Below, piece by piece: positions 19,613-28,276 of a stretch of DNA of 64,000 nucleotides. The DNA is from a virus. The stretch lies in the IMG/VR virus record IMGVR_UViG_3300022868_000017; one strand, given 5' to 3'. The position numbers and the translations under genes were made by a program. Position 1 is the first letter of the stretch; the number at the start of each line of letters is the position of its first letter. The notes under the pieces are model-generated. The model saw nothing but the letters and a program-made list of their open reading frames with translations, was not told where the DNA came from and made no database searches.

Positions 19613-19805
19613 CTATAATCACCTCAAAATCTGTACCAATAGTACATGTCAATACCACTATTAATATAATGGCAGATGCTATGTTGTTGAATGCCAATGC
19701 AAGTCCAAAAGTAAGACCTAACAAAATCATATTAGACCATTTAAACTTAACATTTTTCTTTTCTTGAAAAGATATTGATTTCATTTTACCAATCTCCAAC
19801 TTCAC
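19563..19805 (-). CDS. small membrane protein
   Basis: Hydrophobic stretch ILLGLTFGLALAFNNIASAIILIVVL. Overlaps 19346..19612 out of frame, so either its coordinates or the real start may differ. Confidence 0.3.
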   Translation of the reverse strand: MKLEIGKMKSISFQEKKNVKFKWSNMILLGLTFGLALAFNNIASAIILIVVLTCTIGTDFEVIIDDKRIRQNKRRKICKK

Positions 19806-20316
19806 AAAATGTTTCTTTTTTTACTGCTGTTTCGTAAATTCTAACCTTAACATCAATATCTTTGTCAACATTTGTAAGACCTTTTAAATATCCATATGCC
19901 CATTGAGATAAGTTCTCAGCTGTTGGATTAGCATGAATCACATCATTAATAAATGTGTGGTCTAATAGATTATGAAGTTTTTTAACAATACCGAAATCTA
20001 CTAAGATACCAACATCATCTACATCTTCATGACTACCTTTAAACCAAACCATGATTAACCAACTATGACCATGTACTTGGTTACATTTACCTTTATATCC
20101 ACATAATTGATGAGCACTATCAATCACAGTTTCTGTGAATAATGTTACATTTTTGACCTTTTCAGTTTGAGATACTTCTTCATCTTCCATTCTTCCTTTA
20201 ACATAGTTATTAACACAGTTTAGACTACAAAAATCTCTTCTTTTTCTGTTATGATAAAGACACCATTCTGAATAAGAACCTAATGTCTTATTACATTCAT
20301 TACATTTAATTACCAT
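19786..20316 (-). CDS. queD: 6-carboxy-5,6,7,8-tetrahydropterin synthase QueD with N-terminal Zn-ribbon extension
   Basis: CNQVHGHSW (CxxxHGH) and LLDHTFINDV. The N-terminal 40 aa CNECNK...C...CSLNC is an extra Cys4-like module not present in canonical 120-aa QueD. Confidence 0.75.
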   Translation of the reverse strand: MVIKCNECNKTLGSYSEWCLYHNRKRRDFCSLNCVNNYVKGRMEDEEVSQTEKVKNVTLFTETVIDSAHQLCGYKGKCNQVHGHSWLIMVWFKGSHEDVDDVGILVDFGIVKKLHNLLDHTFINDVIHANPTAENLSQWAYGYLKGLTNVDKDIDVKVRIYETAVKKETFCEVGDW

Positions 20317-20511
20317 TTAATCTTCCTCCTCTTCTGGATTAGTTTTTCCTGTTATTTTGTAATAGATTTTTCTTCCACCTAGATATAATAATACACCTAA
20401 TAGAAAAGTAACACCTAATAGTACTGCCAATAATCCCATTGGTTTTACTATGAACAATGCTAAACAAATTAACAATAATATCATTCCTAATTTTTCAAAT
20501 ATAGCTTTCAT
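20317..20511 (-). CDS. small membrane protein
   Basis: Two TM helices. Acidic C-terminus EEEED. Confidence 0.35.
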   Translation of the reverse strand: MKAIFEKLGMILLLICLALFIVKPMGLLAVLLGVTFLLGVLLYLGGRKIYYKITGKTNPEEEED

Positions 20512-20855
20512 TTTTTACCACCTTTTTGAACAATTTTAACAATTTCCTTTCTTATTTCTGGAATCTGTAACATATTAAGTAACAATTCCTTCACTAAAAA
20601 ATTATTTTTGTTAACTCTACCACCATGTTCTAAAGAAATACCTCTCATCTTTTCTTTGTATTTACTATACATAGCTGGATTCTTTTTTATCACTGTAGAA
20701 TAATAATCTCTACCTTCTTCTTTCACCTTTTGATATCTTTTTCTTTGTTTTTTAAGATGTTGTTGATATTTTACAGGGTCCTCTTTTAATTTGTCATATA
20801 CTGTTTTTCTATACTCTTTTGATTTATTATTTAAAACACCTACCATTTTTATCAC
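20508..20855 (-). CDS. small basic protein
   Basis: Lys/Arg-rich, 115 aa. Confidence 0.4.
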   Translation of the reverse strand: MIKMVGVLNNKSKEYRKTVYDKLKEDPVKYQQHLKKQRKRYQKVKEEGRDYYSTVIKKNPAMYSKYKEKMRGISLEHGGRVNKNNFLVKELLLNMLQIPEIRKEIVKIVQKGGKK

Positions 20856-20858
20856 CTC

Positions 20859-20987
20859 TTATTCTGGTACTTGTAAAGATTCATCAATATCAACGAATGC
20901 TTCACATTTTTCACAAAGATAAGTCATGATTGATTCATCAATTATATGTAATGAACCACCACAATGTGGACATTTACCTTCTGTCAT
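20859..20987 (-). CDS. Zn-ribbon mini-protein (42 aa)
   Basis: Hand translation MTEGKCPHCGGSLHIIDESIMTYLCEKCEAFVDIDESLQVPE. CPHC...CEKC. Not in the track. Confidence 0.25.
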   Translation of the reverse strand: MTEGKCPHCGGSLHIIDESIMTYLCEKCEAFVDIDESLQVPE

Positions 20988-21106
20988 TTTTCTTATTCTC
21001 CTTGTTGAATCTACAATCCTTATCATGCTTTATAGTAAAACTTGGTACCCCTTTACTTTTTTTCCCATGGGAATAATTTGTTCTACTAACAGCACCACAT
21101 TTGCAT

Positions 21107-21892
21107 CTAGTCATAGTCCATCAACCTCTTTGGTGCTGTAACATCTATTTTAGAACCTGTAGTAGGTTTTAATAGTTTGTTACTTATTACATCTGTATAA
21201 AACTTCATTCTATCACCTTCTTTAACACTATAGGCATATAAAACACAATCTGTTTCATACATAACAATATCAATCCAATTTGGAACTGTACTTTTTGATT
21301 CAGTAGTTCCTTCTTTGATGATTTCTTTTTCTTTGGTGTAAGTTGTATATATTACACCTTTCTTAACTACATCAATACATTCTTTGTGAATGTTTCTGAT
21401 AACCAACCTTCTTTCTTTCCATACACTTAAATTAGCAATACCCTGGAAAGGTTTAAGTTTATGTCGGTGTCTCATTACACCTTCACCGATTTTAATTAAG
21501 ATTTCTAAACCATCAACTACTATCCAATCTGGTTTGACCTTTGTTTCAATTTCTCTTAACAAGAACAAAATATATTCATATGTTAAGTCACTAGTTTCAT
21601 TAATAGAGGTTGAATCTTCACTTAAGTATTCAACAGCATCAAACACTTTAATTCTTTCATCTCCTTGGTACATATTCCTTTTAACCAAAGCACTTTTATG
21701 GTCAAAACAAAGTACAGCTATTGTACCAGGAAAAGATAAAGCTAAAGTAGTCTTCCCTTCTCCTTTGTTTCCGTAAATAGTGTAAACTTCCTTGCCTTCA
21801 CTATCATCTTCTTTAAATTCAAAAGTAGGTCTACTATTAACCTTATCTATAATTTCTTGTTTTGCTTTGTCGTCAAACAAATCACCTACCAT
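21107..21892 (-). CDS. RecA-fold P-loop ATPase, Sak4/AAA_24-like
   Basis: Walker A YGNKGEGKTTLALSF. Walker B DWIVVDGLE. The roughly 260-aa size is typical of the Sak4-like ssDNA-annealing ATPases I recall from phages. Confidence 0.45.
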   Translation of the reverse strand: MVGDLFDDKAKQEIIDKVNSRPTFEFKEDDSEGKEVYTIYGNKGEGKTTLALSFPGTIAVLCFDHKSALVKRNMYQGDERIKVFDAVEYLSEDSTSINETSDLTYEYILFLLREIETKVKPDWIVVDGLEILIKIGEGVMRHRHKLKPFQGIANLSVWKERRLVIRNIHKECIDVVKKGVIYTTYTKEKEIIKEGTTESKSTVPNWIDIVMYETDCVLYAYSVKEGDRMKFYTDVISNKLLKPTTGSKIDVTAPKRLMDYD

Positions 21893-22953
21893 TGTTCTTC
21901 CTCTTCAACTTTAGTAGATGGCACAACCTCCTTAACCCGCCAAACTTTATCTACGAAAACTCCGTACATATTCATTTGAACTTCTTCTTCATTTGATTGT
22001 GGGTTTAATCTAACTGAAGGCCAACCTACAAATAAACAATCTTGGGAACCTTCAACAAAATTAATAGGATAGTTTTTAGATAAGAAACATACAATAGAAT
22101 CTTTAATCTCAATACTATCATCATCAATACTTAAAATTGTATTGTATTTACTTTCCAGATTAATATTGAAAATGGTACCTTTAACTACACAAAATCTATT
22201 ACCACCATTTCTATTAGATTCAAAGTAATCTTTTAACTGACTTAAATTACCCACTAAATGATTAGGGATAACTTTCTTAAACAGTTCAACTACATCTACT
22301 TCTCTACTACCTTTAGCATTGAAAAGAGTTACTGTAGATTGATTAAGTTGGAAAATACCTTCTTCATCTTTTCTAATAATAGCTCTAAAAGGCATTTCAA
22401 CAAACATCGGTAATTTAATATCAAGTTTATCTCCTCTCAGAGTTAAGAACGATAATTTGTATTCAGTTTCATCTTCTCTTCTTGATATTAGAACTAAAGG
22501 TCTTTGTCTTTCATATTCATAGTTGATTCTTCTTTGACCAACTTCTTTTGTGACACCTGTGTCATCTTCATACTTCCACTTGGCTTTAGTATTATCTGAA
22601 TGCCATAATGGATTACCATCAACATCAGCTATACCATCTTTAATCATGGTTTTCTTAATAACTTCATCAGCTTCAGACCATAAAGTTTTAATCTTATCAT
22701 ACTGATTTTTAGCACCGAAATCTGTTACACCTTGGTCTCCAATGATAGTACCTACTAATTTAGCCGCTGGAGATGCTAATTGTTTTTTGTAAAGAGTTCT
22801 GATTCTTGTTAGAGTAAACTTATCTAACTGTTCTTCTGGAATACCTTTCTTACTAAAACTTTCTCTTTCTTTTTTGTACTCTTCTTCTAAAGTCTCAAGT
22901 TCTACAATGGCTTTACTTTTAATTTTTTCAAATAATTCTTCTTTTGTTGTCAT
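21886..22953 (-). CDS. hypothetical protein (355 aa)
   Basis: Translationally coupled to the ATPase gene. No confident motif. Confidence 0.5.
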   Translation of the reverse strand: MTTKEELFEKIKSKAIVELETLEEEYKKERESFSKKGIPEEQLDKFTLTRIRTLYKKQLASPAAKLVGTIIGDQGVTDFGAKNQYDKIKTLWSEADEVIKKTMIKDGIADVDGNPLWHSDNTKAKWKYEDDTGVTKEVGQRRINYEYERQRPLVLISRREDETEYKLSFLTLRGDKLDIKLPMFVEMPFRAIIRKDEEGIFQLNQSTVTLFNAKGSREVDVVELFKKVIPNHLVGNLSQLKDYFESNRNGGNRFCVVKGTIFNINLESKYNTILSIDDDSIEIKDSIVCFLSKNYPINFVEGSQDCLFVGWPSVRLNPQSNEEEVQMNMYGVFVDKVWRVKEVVPSTKVEEEEQW

Positions 22954-23187
22954 TTTTGTTCAGCCTCCTTTTTCTCAACAAACTCCTTTACTCGTTCTAT
23001 TACAGAATTCTGGAGATTAATAGACCTAGGTACTAGGTTTTTATATCTATCCCACAACTCATCTGGCATGTCTTCAATCAATACTTTTGTCATTTTTTTG
23101 ATTCCTCCTACTTATATAAGTTAATTATAACTTATCATTTATAAATGTTTATTAAGATAACTTTATATTCTCAAGAATATAAGGTTT

Positions 23188-23637
23188 TTACCTTAATTTA
23201 TTGGTACTTTTGTCCTCGATAGCCCAAGTTTCTTGATACCATTCTTGGTCAACTGCTTTCTTTCCTCTCTTACTCATTGCTTGCATTCTCTTGATACTAT
23301 TCTTTAATGAATCAATGTAAGGTTGAATGTCTTGATTATTGGTCACTACATAATAAAATCTGTTAAGACCATAACCTTTCCCAACTACAAAACAGTTACT
23401 ATCTCTTCTCAATTTATGCATACCCTTCTTAACAAAATCCCACATGACAAAATGTTTTAAATTATCATCATTATAATTAACTTTGAATAACTTTTTGAAC
23501 AATTTGTTTTGTGAAATCCCACTATCTATACTGATATGTTTGTGTAAGATAGTTAACAATTTGTATGCTATATTATTAACAGCATATTCCCTCTTTTCTT
23601 TTCCAGATAAGGAAACTGTTGTTGTTAATGAACTCAT
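23188..23637 (-). CDS. hypothetical protein
   Basis: ORF track. Confidence 0.4.
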   Translation of the reverse strand: MSSLTTTVSLSGKEKREYAVNNIAYKLLTILHKHISIDSGISQNKLFKKLFKVNYNDDNLKHFVMWDFVKKGMHKLRRDSNCFVVGKGYGLNRFYYVVTNNQDIQPYIDSLKNSIKRMQAMSKRGKKAVDQEWYQETWAIEDKSTNKLR

Positions 23638-23960
23638 TTTAATACACCTCTTGATTTTAAGTAATAAATTTTCTGTGAAACTTTTGTACTAGGTACCTCT
23701 ATTTTCTTACTAATTTCACCTGTTGTTTTTCTTTTCTTATACATACTAATTAATGTATCAAGTTGGTCTTGAGTCATTGATTTATATGATGAAGTTACTA
23801 CTGGTCTGGATATCTCATCCATATTACTCAAATTGAATAATTTATTAGCTTTCATGGTTAATCCCTTGAAATCTATAGCAGTTAATACCTTAGGTATTTT
23901 TAATATTACTTCAGTATATTCATCAACCTTTATTGTATGTACACTATGTTCTTGTTCCAT
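23634..23960 (-). CDS. putative HTH DNA-binding protein
   Basis: C-terminal TTGEISKKIEVPSTKVSQKIYYLKSRG is helix-turn-helix-like. Confidence 0.4.
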   Translation of the reverse strand: MEQEHSVHTIKVDEYTEVILKIPKVLTAIDFKGLTMKANKLFNLSNMDEISRPVVTSSYKSMTQDQLDTLISMYKKRKTTGEISKKIEVPSTKVSQKIYYLKSRGVLK

Positions 23961-24348
23961 TTTTTTTCATTTCTCCATTATTTTTTTTATTTGATTGTGA
24001 AAAATCACAACTAGTAAGCATAATCCCAATGGTCAATCCAAAAAGCAAGATACCTAACATAGTCACAAAGTAATAATTAATGATTGCACCCAAACCACTT
24101 AGATAACATTCTTGTAAACTCCAAGGTTGACCATTAACCCTGACTTCATATATTTCAATATCAAATTGTAGAGCTAATGTTTCTTCATTATGACAAGTAT
24201 CTAAATTATGGAAACCAACCATGAAATTGAATAATCCAATCATTGATATACCTACAGAACCTACCAATATTACAATTAAAAAGATATTGAAAAAATCTGA
24301 TATATCTATCTTGTTTTGTTTCTTTTTTTTAGCCATTTTCATCTTCAT
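23944..24348 (-). CDS. membrane protein (3 TM)
   Basis: Hydrophobic helices FNIFLIVILVGSVGISMIGLF, GLGAIINYYFVTMLGILLFGLTIGIML. Confidence 0.4.
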   Translation of the reverse strand: MKMKMAKKKKQNKIDISDFFNIFLIVILVGSVGISMIGLFNFMVGFHNLDTCHNEETLALQFDIEIYEVRVNGQPWSLQECYLSGLGAIINYYFVTMLGILLFGLTIGIMLTSCDFSQSNKKNNGEMKKNGTRT

Positions 24349-24878
24349 CCCCTCTTAACTTTAGTATCATCAATACTGAAATCTGCACTCAAATAATGAT
24401 TTTCTGGAAGAAACCCTTTCTTAATAATTTCTAATAATGTACATCTCATACATCTTGTATGACTCTTAGATGAATTAAAACCATTATTTAAATCTGAATC
24501 AGAACATGAAGTTCTACCATGTTTTGGTTGAATCATGTTTATCAGTTCTTTTGCTGTCATCCCTACTAATCCTAATATTTCTTTAACAATATGTTGTCTT
24601 CCTTCTTGTGAAATAGATATTTCTCCTTTTTGATTAGGGAATAATAAAGCATTTATCTGTAATTCTAATGTTATACCAACATTATCTTTATCTACCTTAA
24701 TTTGAGTTTGTTTATCAAATTCTTCTAACATTTGTGATGAAGCACCAGACCTATGAATTTCTTCTTTCAACCATTCTCTCATATTATCAACAGATACAAA
24801 ATCAGTATTTTGATAATCACCTGTACTAGTTACTTTTTCTGTTATATTCTCACCTGTTTGTTTATTTATCATTTTCAA
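24345..24878 (-). CDS. hypothetical protein
   Basis: ORF track, 177 aa. Confidence 0.45.
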   Translation of the reverse strand: MKMINKQTGENITEKVTSTGDYQNTDFVSVDNMREWLKEEIHRSGASSQMLEEFDKQTQIKVDKDNVGITLELQINALLFPNQKGEISISQEGRQHIVKEILGLVGMTAKELINMIQPKHGRTSCSDSDLNNGFNSSKSHTRCMRCTLLEIIKKGFLPENHYLSADFSIDDTKVKRG

Positions 24879-25046
24879 TTCCTCTGATACATCCTAACTT
24901 CTAATAACCCTGTTTCATATAAACCATGGTCTTCAGGTGTAACACAAGTATCATTGCACAATTCAAAATATCTGATAGGGTCTCTATCAAATAAAGCATG
25001 TTGTCTTTCTCTATCCTTTTTAAGGAAAATATTTTTTTGTTGATAT

Positions 25047-25460
25047 TCATTCATCTTCTTTCACCTCAAATTTTACTCCTGGGAACATATTTTCAAATTC
25101 TTTTTCTGTTCCAACTGCTGTTTGTCCTTCTAAGTGATATTCTCTATCTTTTACAGGTGTATCTTTTCTCCCATAACAAACTCTGATTAATTTCATATTA
25201 GTATTCTCCTTTAATAAGAGGCCTACTATTTTTTTAACTTCATTAATTAAAACAAAATCAAATTCAAATTTCAAATGATTATCAACTAGACTTACTTCAA
25301 CTTTATCTAACAAACCTTCACTTTGTAATTCACATTCAATAGAATCTAATAATTCTAAATCATCAGGTTTATTCTTTCCAAAATATAATCTCTCATATTT
25401 CTTATCATCAACTTTAATATTATTCAAATCTTCAACACTAATCATCAATTTTATTTTCAT
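25047..25460 (-). CDS. hypothetical protein
   Basis: ORF track, 137 aa, acidic. Confidence 0.45.
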   Translation of the reverse strand: MKIKLMISVEDLNNIKVDDKKYERLYFGKNKPDDLELLDSIECELQSEGLLDKVEVSLVDNHLKFEFDFVLINEVKKIVGLLLKENTNMKLIRVCYGRKDTPVKDREYHLEGQTAVGTEKEFENMFPGVKFEVKEDE

Positions 25461-25627
25461 TCTTCAACCTCACTAAGATTTACTTTAAAATTTTTTAAAC
25501 AACTATAACAAATATAATATCTAGTTTTTCTAACTCCAACAATTTTCACAATTCCAAAAGTTTCATTTTTTGAAATATCTAAACTATCAAAATCTTTTTC
25601 ACAAATTAAACAATTTTTTTCTGTCAT
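25457..25627 (-). CDS. Zn-ribbon mini-protein (56 aa)
   Basis: Hand translation MTEKNCLICEKDF...YYICYSCLKNF. Strong RBS AAAGGTGAT 7 nt upstream. Sits directly downstream of promoter repeat copy A. Confidence 0.35.
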   Translation of the reverse strand: MTEKNCLICEKDFDSLDISKNETFGIVKIVGVRKTRYYICYSCLKNFKVNLSEVEE

Positions 25628-25650
25628 TTTATATCACCTTTGTAAGCTTT

Positions 25651-25710
25651 TATTAGCTATACTTAGTATAAATAAGTTCAAGTATATAAACCTTTATCTT
25701 TTCTAGTATA
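25651..25710 (-). promoter_or_regulatory. conserved ~60-bp promoter-like element, copy A (archaeal TATA tttatata on minus strand)
   Basis: About 85% identical to 26141-26200. The minus-strand reading contains aaaggtttatatactt and tatatactagaaaagata upstream of the 25627 start. Related ttttctagtatata also at 1745-1760. Confidence 0.5.
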
Positions 25711-25714
25711 TAAG

Positions 25715-25951
25715 TCATTTTTCCAACTCATATCTTTTAATGGGGTTAGGAATATTGCCTCTTTGTAAAACTTTATAACATTTTGGGCAAATTAGATAAC
25801 TAACTTTTTTATCAAAATCTGCTAATCCTATTACTTTGTCACAATCCTCACAATCTTTACAAACTGGTTGTGTTTCTGTTTTTCCATACATTGTAATTAA
25901 GCAATGTATATTTGTTTCCGTTATTTGTTTTTCAAATTTTTGTTTTTCCAT
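25715..25951 (-). CDS. Zn-ribbon protein
   Basis: CKDCEDC ... CPKCYKV. Confidence 0.4.
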   Translation of the reverse strand: MEKQKFEKQITETNIHCLITMYGKTETQPVCKDCEDCDKVIGLADFDKKVSYLICPKCYKVLQRGNIPNPIKRYELEK

Positions 25952-26118
25952 TTTCTTAACCTCTTTTGTTTTACACCTTGGGATACAGCTTCATCAAAAA
26001 GAATCTCTAAAGCAGTAGTTAAATTTTTAACATCTAATTGATTTTTTCCAATTAATAATTTAGCATAATCTTCTAAACTAATTATTTTATCAAACAATTC
26101 AAATTCATATTTATTCAT
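25921..26118 (-). CDS. small hypothetical protein
   Basis: ORF track. Preceded on the minus strand by promoter element copy B. Confidence 0.3.
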   Translation of the reverse strand: MNKYEFELFDKIISLEDYAKLLIGKNQLDVKNLTTALEILFDEAVSQGVKQKRLRKWKNKNLKNK

Positions 26119-26140
26119 TTTATTTCACCTTTCTTAACTT

Positions 26141-26200
26141 TTCTTAACTATACTTAGCATAAATAAGTACTAGTATATAAATCTTTATCTTTTCTAGTAC
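26141..26200 (-). promoter_or_regulatory. conserved promoter-like element, copy B
   Basis: See copy A. ctatacttagcataaataagtactagtatataaatctttatcttttctagtacata. Confidence 0.5.
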
Positions 26201-26220
26201 ATATTTGACCAGAAAAGTAT

Positions 26221-26510
26221 ATACTCGAGTATAGGTGTTTATAATTTGTATAATTTACTTTTTTCGGGGTTTTTAATTTTTTTTGATATTTTCGTGTAAT
26301 TTGTTTTTTTATAATTTATAATTTATTATATCCTTTTTTTAAATTACACGTATGTTTGTTCCGAATACCAGCTTTTGAGACGGGTATTTTTGAATATCAG
26401 AGAAATACGAGAATATCCGTATAATTTGTTTATTACGGTAAGTAAATTATAAAATTATAAATTATAAAAACGAAAAAAGAAGAAAAAGTATAGTTTTGAA
26501 AAGATATGTT
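26221..26510. other. AT-rich non-coding region with iterons and inverted repeats (candidate replication origin / regulatory region)
   Basis: Perfect 10-bp inverted repeat cgtgtaattt (26293-26302) / aaattacacg (26341-26350). tataattt iterons in both orientations at 26241-26257, 26308-26330, 26420-26430 and 26444-26470. Dyads atacg...cgtat and ccgtataat...ttattacgg. Confidence 0.4.
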
Positions 26511-27770
26511 CTATTTCCTTTTAGCTATAGAAACGGTCATTTGACTACCAGAACCACCTGGTCTACCTTCCATTTCTAAATCTATTTTCTTAGCATTTTT
26601 CAGGTCTTCTAACAATGTAACTGTCTTATTAAATCCTAAGTCCCATTGTTGATTCTCTTTCATAATCTTTAATTGATTCAACAATACTGACCTAGTCATC
26701 TTCCCACCACTCTTTCTTAATTGTTTAATTATGAAATTAGTTCTATCTAATCTAGCTCCTGTTCTGATTCTACCTATACTATCCAATAATCTTTTCACAT
26801 TGTTTAAATGGTCAATAAATATATCGTAACCTACCTCTAAAGATTCTAAGTCAACTTTATCTTTTTCTTCTACTACTGCATATTGAGTAGCTACTTTATA
26901 GATTAGATTCATAGCTCCATTAAAGAAGGACATTAACACATTTTGCTTATCATCATTGTATTGGTTCATGATATCTGATTGAAAGAAGTCCAATGCCTTT
27001 TCATTTATTATTATACTATCTTTCTTATCAATTTTCAAATATTGTCTAGCTTTGATACCTTTAATGAAGGCTATCATATCATTTGAAACCTTATCTCTAT
27101 CACAAGCTTCTTTATCTAATAGATTAATAATCTTTCTACTCATTCTTAATATGTCTTCTTGTGTATACTCTTTGTAACTAATAAAGAACCTTTGTAATGT
27201 TCCTTTTTTCAAAGCCGCATTAGATATATCCGATGTTGGAATACTACCAGTTAAGAAGGTTGTATTGGTATAGAAACCTAATGTACCATATCTCAAAGCT
27301 TTAGAAATATATCCAGGTTCATCAGATGCCATTTGAATAATATCAGATAAGCTTTCTGTATGAGGTGCTTTGTTTAGTAACATATTTCCTTCATCCCAAG
27401 CTATTAATTCATGGTCAGCTAATAATCCACTTATTTTAATAACTTCATCTTTTCTATTCTTTTCAACGGTACCAATTAAAGCGGCATCAGTAACTTTAAT
27501 AGTCATAAAAGATTTGATATTTTGAAACTGGTGTGCTAGAAAATATATACATTTGATAGCTTGTCCTTTTCCAGACCTGGATGGTCTAATAAAGAATGTG
27601 TGAAATCTTGTTGAATTGTAATGACCACCATATACATATTTTGTAGGTAATACAGTTCCTAAAAAACAATATAATGAAGGTAATATCATATCATGATTAT
27701 CAACAACATAGAACCGAAAATATTTTTTCCACAATTTTAATAATTTTTCCCATTTCTCTCCAGTTGCCAT
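26511..27770 (-). CDS. AAA+/P-loop ATPase, possibly MCM- or SF3-like replicative helicase
   Basis: Walker-A-like IRPSRSGKGQ and Walker-B-like LIAWDEGNML about 60 aa apart. Winged-helix-like C-terminus. Family assignment uncertain. Confidence 0.35.
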   Translation of the reverse strand: MATGEKWEKLLKLWKKYFRFYVVDNHDMILPSLYCFLGTVLPTKYVYGGHYNSTRFHTFFIRPSRSGKGQAIKCIYFLAHQFQNIKSFMTIKVTDAALIGTVEKNRKDEVIKISGLLADHELIAWDEGNMLLNKAPHTESLSDIIQMASDEPGYISKALRYGTLGFYTNTTFLTGSIPTSDISNAALKKGTLQRFFISYKEYTQEDILRMSRKIINLLDKEACDRDKVSNDMIAFIKGIKARQYLKIDKKDSIIINEKALDFFQSDIMNQYNDDKQNVLMSFFNGAMNLIYKVATQYAVVEEKDKVDLESLEVGYDIFIDHLNNVKRLLDSIGRIRTGARLDRTNFIIKQLRKSGGKMTRSVLLNQLKIMKENQQWDLGFNKTVTLLEDLKNAKKIDLEMEGRPGGSGSQMTVSIAKRK

Positions 27771-27771
27771 C

Positions 27772-27960
27772 TTAGAAAGCCTCTATTTTTTTAATATCAG
27801 TCTTGAACACAGCAAATAATTTATTTGTCTTATCATCAATTAATATTAAGAAATTTATTGTTTCTTGTTTAACTATGGCCTTTTTATAATAAGTGTCATC
27901 ACCATCTTTATATCCAATTTTAACATGTTTACCTAAAAAATCACCTAACTCTTTTTCCAT
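27772..27960 (-). CDS. small hypothetical protein
   Basis: ORF track. 1-nt spacing to the ATPase gene. Confidence 0.4.
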   Translation of the reverse strand: MEKELGDFLGKHVKIGYKDGDDTYYKKAIVKQETINFLILIDDKTNKLFAVFKTDIKKIEAF

Positions 27961-28276
27961 TTATACCATCTCCATCCATACATACAAATTGGAAGATTGA
28001 AAAAGAAAAAACCAACTTTGAGGGGGTGGTGAAACTTTTCAATCAACCAATAAGAATAAATAAACGGTTTGAGTTTATAAATTTTTATTAAGTAAAGTTA
28101 GTAAAATTTTTTTTAATTAGATTTATAAACAGTGTTTAATTTGTAATATTTAAACATCTATCACCTCTTTTTCCCCAGCAGACCGTTTCGGCGGTTTGCT
28201 AGGGTTTATATTCACATCTTTCGGAGCCAACCTATTTCAATAAAATACTTAAATAAGATATGATTAAGTTATAATA

